From the NCBI GenBank assembly GCA_032718475.1, contig JAUCBJ010001123.1, positions 1 through 64,000 on the forward strand: 64,000 nt of DNA. Reading direction: 5' to 3'. Made by a program: the position numbers and the translations under genes. Source of the DNA: Nemertoderma westbladi. Lineage: Eukaryota > Animalia > Xenacoelomorpha. Each line of letters starts with the position of its first letter. Within the stretch, counting starts at the first letter, position 1. Below are positions 12,460-23,000 of this stretch, piece by piece. The notes beneath the pieces are model-generated. The model ran no database searches. It was not told the DNA's origin and was given only the letters and a program-made list of their open reading frames with translations.

Positions 12460-13320
12460 TTTGTAATCTTTTTATTTGGTCCCACGACTTTTGCAAACTC
12501 GTTCGAACGACTTTACAAAACTCGGGGAAACAAATCTAATTGGCTGAAGTGGTTTCTATACCAACAAATACCCAATCAAGTTTGTTTCCCCGACTTTTAC
12601 AAACTCGTTCGAACGACTTTACAAAACTCGGGAAACAAATCTAATTGGCTGAAGTGGTTTCTATACCAACAAATACCCAATCAAGTTTGTTTCCCGGACT
12701 TTTACAAATTCGTTCGAACGACTTTACAAAACTCGGGGAAACAAATCGAATTGGCTGAAGTGGTTTCTATACCATCAAATACCCAATCAAGTTTGTTTCC
12801 CCGACTTTTACAAACTCGTTCGAACGACTTTAAAAAACTCGGGAACACAAAAATTTGTTTTTTTGTAATCTTTTTTTTTGTTCTCCCAACTTTTGCAAAC
12901 TCGTTCGAACGACTTTACAAAACTCGGGGAAACAAATCGAATTGGCTGAAGTGGTTTCTATACCAACAAATACCCAATCAAGTTTGTTTCCCCGACTTTT
13001 ACAAACTCGTTCGAACGACTTTACAAAACTCGGGAAACAAATCTAATTGGTTGAAGTGGTTTCTATACCAACAAATACCCAATCAAGTTTGTTTCCCCGA
13101 CTTTTACAAACTCGTTCGAACGACTTTACAAAACTCGGGGAAACAAATCGAATTGGCTGAAGTGGTTTCTATACCAACAAATACCCAATCAAGTTTGTTT
13201 CCCCGACTTTTGCAAACTCGTTCGAACGTCTTTACAAATCTCGGGGAAACAAATCTAATTGGCTGGAGTGGTTTCTATACCAACAAGCACCCAATCAAGT
13301 TTGTTTCCCAGACTTTTGCA
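12460..13320. repeat. 105-106-bp tandem repeat (~8 units) with internal inverted repeats
   Basis: GTTCGAAC recurs at 12501, 12607, 12712, 12818, 12903, 13009, 13114, 13220; arms CGGGGAAACAAA / TTTGTTTCCCCG. Confidence 0.9.
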
Positions 13321-14402
13321 GTATATGTAATTGTCTTAGAGGCACTGAATGGCAGATAAAAGGAAATTGATCGGCAAACGTGTGAAACACGAAACACCGA
13401 ACGCAACCCAAAGGCTCCCTTGTCTTGGCTGTAACCTATAAGGCAGGGAGGGCAAGGCGACAAAATAACTCCCAAGGTTGAACACACCGTAAATATCCAA
13501 ATAGTTTTCTTTACTCCCACAACATAAGCTAGGCTGTCTAACTAGCTGTCAGCACATCGCTGACAAATACAAATACATCGATAGATTTATCCAATTTAGG
13601 GAAAGGAGTAGGTTAAAGCTAAAGGGGTGGCTTTTATAACTTAAACAATAATCGAGATTTGATAAATGATTGATGTAAAGGAGCACGTTTCAAGGGCAAA
13701 CTTTTCGAAGTATTATTTTTTTTAAAATCATTAGTGGGGCTCGAGAAAATTAAAAAGAAAGGAAACACAAAACTCGCCTTAGAGCGCTTTTTTCACTAGT
13801 TGTATAATATACCGAGATTTTAGCTAATGACCTAGCTCTCCTCTCCAAATTAAATGGAGTTTTAAATCGAGGTTTAACATTATTTAGATCCTATGCCGTC
13901 GTAGGTAAATTACAATCTAAACGTAATTTTGTGTAAAGCTCGCACTTAATAGCAATCTGAGCTGTGGAGCGATTGAATGAGTTAACTAAACATGGTTCGG
14001 ATAATCTTGCCAAGTCTGGAATGAACGTCTAATGAGGAAATCGATCAAAGTCCGGTCTCACTTATTTGCTCATCTCTTTATCTGGAATTTTTCGGGAAAT
14101 GTAACTAAAAGATTCCACCCAGGATACGAGATATCTTATTGGCTATTTATGTTTGTTCTTATAACGTCATCTTCCTTCATAGCCAATACATTTCCTACCC
14201 ACTAATGTCATCATGTATTAAATTTTTTTTATATAATGTCTATCTACAGTTTCTATAAAACCATCAATCACTGTCTATATCCGGGTCATTGATTGTTTCA
14301 TATTAAACCTTTAAACCTTTAGTTGATTTAGTTCAATATAGTAAACACCCCCTAGCACCGTACCACTCGAAATTAGATTATTTGACGGCAAATAAAAGTG
14401 TT

Positions 14403-15055
14403 TCATTAGCAAGTCGTTAGTCATTAGCAAGTCGTTAGACTTCATTACTGTAAGAAAAAAAAGCTACTGGTTACTGGCTACTGACTACTGACTACTGGCT
14501 ACTGACCTAGAGCAAAAACGGCTCTATAACGATTTTGATAAAATTTTCCATGGACCATGAAAATGGATTTCTAAGGGTACTTGTGAAATCGCGGTTTAAA
14601 TTGAAACATCTCAACTTGTTTCATTTCGAAAAATAGCCCCAAAACACCACAATTGCCATAGGCGCAATGATAAAAACACCAGCTGGCACTCATGAAAAAT
14701 GTATAGAGATGGCCTGGTAATGCATTCAATAGGAAGGCCAACCAACAAAGAAGTACTTTCTCTGCCAAGTTTTATTATCACTCTACTCTACAACCCAGTA
14801 AGTAAGCAAACATTAACTGGTTTAGCTGGCTATTACAGTCACAGTTGAATAACTCTTCCCAATACATCCTTGCTATGTTAATTAATTGGCGTGCAAGCTA
14901 AATGACTATTAGTTACAGTGTGTTGGGTTGGCTACTATTGATTGTACTGTACTCTCTTAGTTATACTGTGTGTTGGCTACACAGTGTATTGTACTATGCT
15001 CTCTAGCTCTCATCTAAGTATTGTTTTATTTTAAAATCTTTGTGCCAACATTAAT
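14403..15055 (+). mobile_element. 5' part of a non-autonomous Helentron/DINE-1-like element, apparent host of the BEL insertion
   Basis: Terminal hairpin AAGTC-GTTA-GACTT, then a (ctactgr)n microsatellite, then a body similar to 47830-48200. A matching 3' end lies at 33400-33434. Confidence 0.5.
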
Positions 15056-15182
15056 TATAGAATTATATTCCCTAAATGCCGTGGATTTTCAAAATTTTAT
15101 TTTATTCGAATTAACTTTGTAAAAGATTACTTTGAGTCCTCATTTGTATTTATTATATCTATTGTACGACCTTTAGTCAAGT

Positions 15183-15269
15183 GGTTCAGTAGCTCAGTCG
15201 GTAGAGCGTTGGAAATTATATGTGTAGTAGGTATTGAGTTCGAATCCTAGTAAGTGCGAATTATTTTTT
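15183..15269 (+). promoter_or_regulatory. tRNA-like RNA polymerase III cassette in the 5' LTR (A box, B box, T6 terminator)
   Basis: TAGCTCAGTCGGTAGAGC (15190), GAGTTCGAATCC (15236), TTTTTT (15264-15269); no intact cloverleaf. Confidence 0.65.
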
Positions 15270-15899
15270 GTGCAGAATTTCAACTCATTTAAATTGACCG
15301 CTACAAATTAAATTGCATTTGTTTGTACCTAGATTAACCAATGAGACTGCAGTTATTAGATTGTAACCAATGTCGTGCAAGTTATATATTAGCTGGACCA
15401 ATAGCTATCTTTAAAAACCTGTTAGAACCTATAGAACAATCGAGAATTTTCTCGATTGATTGCAGCACAAATTTGCTATATAAAGGTGCGATTTGTTCAT
15501 TAGTTATCTATCTTTATTCATTCTAATCTTCTGTATTATTCAATATTGTTTATTCTGTCATTAGTTTCGGATTACATTTTGTATTATTATCTGCAATAAA
15601 TTCAGAAATACCGCTATCTGCTTTTCTTTTCACCATGATTCACTACGGTGAACACCTTTAGGAACAGGATGGCCGGCTAGAGATCGGGCCGCAGCAATGA
15701 ACGAGAACATCACGGGAATGTAGACAAGAGACAACCCGCAATACCATCTCAGTTATTCGCCCATCGCCTGAAAGGTTAGACAGCGTTCGACGCCTTGCTA
15801 CCTAAGCGTAAGACCAAAGATCAAAGGTAGAAGTAGTGGCACGCTGTGAGCCTAAAATTGCATCTTAGGGACTGTACTGTCTTGATTCAGGAAAACCCA

Positions 15900-15921
15900 C
15901 AGTAGACCTTCACATTCCTAC
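15900..15921 (+). other. Putative self-primer segment complementary to the PBS position
   Basis: CACATTCCTAC (15911-15921) is the exact reverse complement of 16955-16965; CAGTAGA (15900-15906) can also pair with TTTACTG (16967-16973). Confidence 0.6.
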
Positions 15922-16954
15922 GGGGGAGGGAGAGAGAGCAGGCAGATACTAGTACGCAGATAGGACGTAGGCACACCGGTACGAAGCATACACATTGGTA
16001 GGGTGCAGCAAACTGTACGCCTAACTCTTGCTAAGTGCAGGTGCGTCTGTGACTATTTGCAGTACAACAGTGTCCATTGCATTAGAACTTGTAGGCTAGG
16101 GGGGTTGCTGTGTTTTCACCTGAATTGGGATTGTACCGTTCAGGCGGTAGGGCAGTTTACAACTAGGCGCAAATAAATTGAGGCTATTAGGGATATACTA
16201 ACATCTATCGTGTCCCCGCCAACGCCCTGATAGGAAGTTACCCAGCCTACCTAGGTGACTAAAATTCTAGATAGGACGCCAGGATAGCTATTAGTAACAG
16301 TACGCCTACTGTAGTAAACTAACACATTTCTTCTTAGTATTAGGGGCCTGGTAAATTAAAATTGCCGAATTCTGGGCGTAGCATTAACCTTATGCCTGAA
16401 TTTGAGTCCTGGAAATACGCAAGAGGGGAAGGAACCTTATCATTCGTGAGTATTGGACCTACAAGTTACAAAATTAGAATATTCGTAAAATGCACACCGT
16501 ACCCAGTAATTATATATGTGAAGGAGCAAAACTGCTTTGACTGTTCAGAATTAACACACGCGCGCGTTAGAAATTATTTAAACCTCAAAATATATAAAAT
16601 TAACTTTTGTCCGTACTGTGCTTTGCCCGCTAGTTGGACATCTCCAAATCTCTGCCTCTGTACCTAGCTAGCGTCCCTTTCGCCCAACCATATAAATCAC
16701 ACCGCGGCAAAGTATATGAGCCCTTTAGTCCGTCAGTGAGTCAGCCTGATTTTAGGATTCGCTGCGCGGGATTTTGTTTTATCGAAGTTTGTCTGCTCGT
16801 AGACTGTTTTCTGCCTCAACGGTTATAAGAGATCGATACTGCAATATATTCGCTTACTTAGAGTTTACTGTTTTGGTGAGAAGGTCGGATTTATGATTTG
16901 ATTCACAAACTTTACAGTAGGATATTGCAGGTATTGTTACTGTCTCTTCGAATA

Positions 16955-16973
16955 GTAGGAATGTGTTTTACTG
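16955..16973 (+). promoter_or_regulatory. Non-tRNA primer-binding site
   Basis: GTAGGAATGTG directly abuts the LTR end and lacks the TGG expected of a tRNA PBS. Confidence 0.6.
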
Positions 16974-17765
16974 AACTACGGTTCGGTAGGACTAAAGTTA
17001 TTTGAAAATTTTGTATTTTGAGGTAAAAGTTTGTATTTGATTAGCTAAGTGCTAATTTTTTGAAATAAAATTTGATTTGAACCGCGTGTAAAATATTTTG
17101 GAATTGAATACCGGTGTTTAAAAAGGGTTTAAATACCATATTGTACCGGTACAAAATTTTTCGTAAAAGTAAAACCTAACTCTTTTGTTTTTCAGGATTC
17201 AGAACTCATTTCTAGACTGTAACGGGAGCAAGACCGTGTTTAGCAAGTTTGGGAGATAGATAACTCAACAACTTTGGTTGGGAAAATCGCGCTTCGTCCG
17301 CAACGTTAAAAACGGAAAGGTTCACGTCCGGTTTGTATCTGGGAATCTGTTTTTCTGGAGAATTATTGGAGTGGGTGAGTTTGAAAAGTTGCATAAATAA
17401 GTTAGGCATTACCGTATTAGTTAAAATTATTGTGGGTTCCACTGTCTCAAGTATTTATGCATTCCGTATGATTTCTTTGTTCATTGCTGAATTAGTCTGT
17501 AATTATTGTATTTAATTTACCTTTTGATAACGCATATCGTTATCCGATTTATTTGTTATAAAATTGGCCGCTAGGCTAATTTTATTATATACTTATTCCG
17601 TGACATTTATTTGCTGTAAAATTGGCCGTCTAGGCTAATTTTATCCATCTGCTATAAAATCGGCCGGTAGGCTAATTTTATATGACTGTAATTAGTACCG
17701 TTTAGATATAAATACGGTAAATTTGATACCTTGACACTCACTTTACTTGACTTACAACTACCGAA

Positions 17766-20074
17766 ATGAGTGACAAACAAGACTATACGAAGAATACACC
17801 TACCGACTATGACTCATGTGACGGAGATAAGTCAGCAGCGGAAGAACTACAGGGGAAGACTCGCGAGCCTACCGAACCTACACCGTGTGCGTCACCAGTA
17901 CATCCAACAGGAGTACCGGATGCCGTAGTACGAGGCGACGGCAGGACCGAGGACTTTCTAACTGTTCCGCAACCTAGAAATAGGGAAACGGACATGGTAA
18001 GTTCAGTAGGAAGCCAGGAGAGTGTGGTTAGAAGCGTCGGCGGATACATGGCGCATATTACCAGGAGTATTGGAGAAGGCCAACGCATATTAGACGAGTT
18101 AACCGCTCCGATGTCTCGGTTTGAGTTCTACACCCTCCAGGTGAGAGTACAGAGTAAAGTATATAAGTCCATAGATAACCTAATTGGTCTACAAGATCTA
18201 GCTAGACAGAGACAGGACATGGATACTCAACTTAGAATCCTCGAGAAACTAATGATCGCTAGAGAGAAACTGATTCAGTTTAAGTCGACGATTAGGCAGA
18301 TACAACAGGAACAAGCGGACCAGTTGTTAGGTGAGTCAGTTTCAGACGAATTATTGCAACCCGAGGAAGAACAGGAACTGTACCGACTGGATGGACAATT
18401 GAAACACCTGACGGATCACTTACGTATGTGCGGCGAGGACGTCGGAGATTGGGAAACCGTGCCGGAGGCTACGAGGGAAACTTCGCTCGCACAAATCGAA
18501 CTGGCACCGGGAACACTAAATCAATCACTGGTAAGTATTCGCAGCGAAATTGGCGAGGTGAGTATGGCTACGTCAGAAATTGCTCGACAACAGCAGCTCT
18601 ACAGACAACAACAGGAGATGGAGGAACAAACTCAACTGCTAATGGCACAAGCAGCCGTACAAGAAGAGAAACTACGCGTTGCGAATGTTGCAAGAATCTC
18701 TCATCTGCAAGAACAAGCCGAGTTGGAAGCAGCCGAGATGGAAAGGTTAGAGTTGGACATTGCGCAACAAACGGCGGCAGCGGCAGCGGCCGAGTTAGAG
18801 CGACAAGCGACGGCGGCAGCAGCAACGGCCGAGTTAGAGCGACAAGCGACGGCGGCAGCAGCAGCGGCCGAGTTAGAGCGACAGAGGTTAGTATCAGAAG
18901 CGAGAGCCGAGATGAAAAAACGGCAAATAAAGGCTCAATCAGCTATACGATAAGCGGAGTTCGAGGCGCAACAACAACAGACGGAACAACGCGAGAAGGA
19001 AGTTAAACTTCATTTCGAACTCGGGAAGAAGGCGAGAGAATTAGCCAACGCGAAGGAAGATCTGGATCTACAAGCCCGCGATCGATCGATGAGATCTCGT
19101 GACGGACACGATTTAGACCGGTTAGAGGTAAGACACCGCTAAATTCAGGAACGAATGAAGGAAGGTTCGATAGGAGCACCTGGACGAGAACGACAATTAG
19201 TTAAAGACTTATGTCAAAGATTTCCTAAAGTAACTCCTATGTTTGCACCGGTTACGACTAAGGAACCTGTTTCGATTGCTGGTAGTAGTAATATTTCTCC
19301 TATCCATGGTGCGATGGAACACAGGTTTGTTATTCCGGACAAGTTTACACCGCCAAGAGCAACGTCATCGCCTATTCCGAAAGTCAAGGTAAGTAACCCG
19401 CCGATTACAGATCGTAGTAGTTTATTAGTCGAACCTGTATTACTGACGACTAAACAGGTGAGTCCACCGTCGACACCTAAACCCGTTACACACTACGCTT
19501 ACCCAATGACGTTTCGACCTACAAGGCCAGTTGATTCAAATGCTGTCATTCGCCCACCGGTTCAGTTTACATCGCAATCTACGACTTCGAGGAAGACTTG
19601 TGAGCCTACCGAACAACGGAGACCAGTGGATACGCGACCGTTCAACCAGTTTACATCGCAATCTACGACTTCGAGGAAGACTTGTGAGCCTACCGAACAA
19701 CGGAGACCAGTGGACGATGTTCCAAAGCGAAACGTTAGAATTCGTACGACGCAACGGACGCGAGCACGTCGACCACCATATCCAGATGATAGTAGTACTT
19801 CGAGCGAATCGGATTACCCGAAACGCGAGGTATTTAGAACAGGGGCGGCCGATGAATACAAACGCGAGCGTTCAGACAACTCCTTTGCAGACAATCCTCC
19901 ACAAACGGACACGTTCGCAAGGATTGCCCAAATACCGACACTTGTCCATCCTGTGGACGCAACCACGACGGTCTGCTCCACACAGACAGCCACACGCCGA
20001 CAAAACGCTTCGCCAGGGAACACCCGGAAGCAGCAGCGAAATGTAATGCGGCCTACAAAAATCGAGAATCGAAA
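17766..20074 (+). pseudogene. gag: Disrupted gag (coiled-coil N-terminus; two in-frame TAA; probable internal deletion with frameshift)
   Basis: ORFs 17766-18953 and 19155-20078 share one frame, with TAA at 18951 and 19140. BEL-type knuckles LCRQSSTNGHVRKDC and CPSCGRNHDGLLH (19883-19981) lie in the pol frame, which opens at 19856. Confidence 0.8.
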
Positions 20075-23000
20075 ATGACTCCGACCTTTGTGACACATAT
20101 AAAGGATTGCTTCTCAGAACAATCCGGATCGTCGGACGAAGAGTCAGAAGACGACGACGTATATTCTGATGGAGATGAACAACCATCGATCGCGCTTCTG
20201 ACGACTGACCAACTAAAGGGATTCAGTGTAATTCCGATTAAGATTACTGGCACAAAGGGGAGCAAGAGAATCTACGCTATCCTGGATTCAGCCTCATCTC
20301 ACAGCTATGTGGATGAGCAGATAGCTGATGTAGTGACGGATCTCAAACAAGGTAAGCGCGTCAGCTATACCGTAAGTAGTATGCACGGACAACGTGCAAT
20401 ACCAGTGACACGAGTTAAGTTAAACTTAGACACTCTTCTTCCAAAATCGCAACACAGCGAAAAGGAGAGGTCTTTGTTACCCTTCAAGGATTTGACTTTT
20501 GCGGCCACAAAAGACTTTATTAACCTACTAGGTCCTGTCCCAGAACAATCCTTGGAGGACCGTAAGTATTTCAGACACCTTGGTGTACCTGAATGTCCTG
20601 TCAATTATAGATCGGTAGCAATGCTGATCGGGACGGACCAATTCAATCTACATCAAGTGTGGGAAACCAGACCATCGGCAGTCGTAGCGGGAAACGCATA
20701 CGCCTGTAGAACGCCGATAGGGTGGTATACTCGAGCGCCTGTGCGCACACTGGACATAAGTGACGAGGAAGACGATGTACAAAGTACATGTAGTTTATTA
20801 ACTACAAATTCAATTCATTCCTTTTCACATGACGTGGACTATACTACCTTACATACAAGACATGACAGACGTGTGACTAGTATGATAAGTCACAAGGAGC
20901 AGCTAATCCACCAGGTGAGTTTAGAACTTGGGGAGAAGACGAGTCAGCTAGAGATTCCATCGACGACAGATGATAACGCCGGAAGGCTTGCGAGTCTACC
21001 TACCCCAACAACCTCAACAATGCCCGTCGATATCGATGATGACGCGTTGAGAAATCATCAAGTGGAACAAGCTGCATTGGACAAAGAATTAACGGAGAAG
21101 ACTATCAGGTGGTTAGAACAAGATACAGCTGAACCTGGTAGCTACGAACCATGTATGTCGCAACAGGAGAAACAATCTTTGAGGATCATGGAAGATACTA
21201 TCCGCCAGACGAAAGACGGACATTATGAGGTAGGGATGTTATGGCGTAGCCAAAGTCCTAAACTCATAAATAACTACCCGCTAGCTTTAAGACGTCTACA
21301 CTCAATACGACAACGTCTATTAAAGGACGAGAAAGCCCATCTGCAGTACAACACTCAGATGGAGACGTATTTGACCAAGGGATACGCTATCCGGATGACT
21401 AACCCAGAGGTGACTGACCAGACGTACTACTTGCCACATCACTTCGTGAGACACCCCGACAAACCAGACAAAGTACGTGTAGTCAATGACTGTGCGGCTC
21501 TGTTTGAGGGAATGTCCCTCAATAGCGAATTGATGGATGGACCAAACATGAATAATTATCTTATGGGGGTGATTATGCGCTTCCGTCAGCGTCAAGTAGC
21601 CTTTACTTGTGACGTAGAAGCTATGTTTCACCAAGTGAGAGCGTTAGAGCGAGACAGAGACAGTTTGAGGTTCCTCTGGTACCCGGAAGGAGACTTAAGT
21701 CTACCACCGGCGACTTACCAAATGCAAGTTCGCGTTTTCGGTGCCAGAGACAGCCCAAACTGTACGATGTACGCCCTAAAACAAGCCGCTAGGGATCAGA
21801 AACATTTATATGACCCAGAGATAATTAGGATTGTGGAGCGTGACTTTTACGTCGACGACGGTTTACAGAGTTGCGACAAAGTAGAACGTGCTACAACAGT
21901 AGCACTACAATTACGGGACTGCTTAGCGGGCGGAGGTTTTAACCTCACCAAATTCGCCTCAAACAGTGCCGAATTAGTAGACTCATTCGGAACGACTGAG
22001 CGTGGAGGTGGTGACATAGACCTAGAGTTCGAACCACTACCGACGACCAAGGTGTTGGGGCTCTTTTGGGACCCAAACACGGACAACTTTCGAGTGAAGG
22101 TGAGACTGGACAGTCAAGAAAACACACTGACAAAGAGATCATGCTTGTCAAAATTGAGCCGATTGTTCGATCCATTAGGATTCATCAGTCCAATAATACT
22201 GCAAGCCCGCATTTATATGCGCAGTATTTGGAAGGATGGACTGACATGGGACGAGCCGATCTCATCAGACCAAGTGGACTTATGGAAGACCTGGGAGGCA
22301 GAATTATCTTCGCTAGAGGATTATTCCATACCCAGAGTCTACTTTCCATTACAAACAACATTTCCTGACAACTTGGAATTACATTGTTTTTCTGACGCCA
22401 GTGACAACGGTTTTGGTGTGGCAGCGTACTTGCGCAGACAAGTAGACTCAGAAGAATTCGATGTTTCGCTCATTACTTCTAAGGCAAAAACAATGCCTAC
22501 TAAGTATATGACGACACCACGAGCTGAGCTACAAGCCGCAACCCTGTCAACCACCATCGTGAACCTTATACAGACAGAACTACAGTCAAGTTTACAGATA
22601 TTTTATTGGACTGACGCGACGTTGGTTTTATTTTACATAAACAACGACACACTTGAATTCAAGACATTCGTAGCTAACCGTCGCGCGGAAATTCTAGACC
22701 GTTCAATAAAGGAAGATTGGCGACATTGTCCCGGACCACAAAACCCAGCCGATATTGCGTCGCGAGGAATGATGCCTGAGGAATTCTGTAAACCGGAAAA
22801 CAAAGAATTTTGGCAACACGGACCTCAATTCTTACAAAGATCAACACTAAATTGGCCACCACTATATGACAACAAGTCTAACACTATCCCTAAGGATGCC
22901 GAAATCAAGAAACCAAAAAAGGGGAAGGCAAAGAAAAGGACGACGGCGGCAAAACTCAAAAAAAAACCGAAGGCGAAATGGAAGGATATAACTTCAAAGG

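Larger units (their letters stand above)
15056..16954 (+). repeat. 5' LTR (TATAGAA...TTCGAATA)
   Basis: Matches 28912-30810 with about 8 substitutions seen by eye; TATATAAA ~15477; AATAAA ~15595 and ~16172. Confidence 0.97.

Noticed and set aside
12388-13359. 323-aa ORF
   Set aside because: Runs through a 105/106-bp repeat in shifting frames; not protein-like
15183-15260. Functional tRNA gene
   Set aside because: Acceptor, anticodon and T stems do not pair; only the promoter boxes are retained
16873-16890. TGGTGAGAAGGTCGGAT as a tRNA PBS
   Set aside because: It lies ~80 bp inside both LTRs rather than after the TSD-defined LTR end
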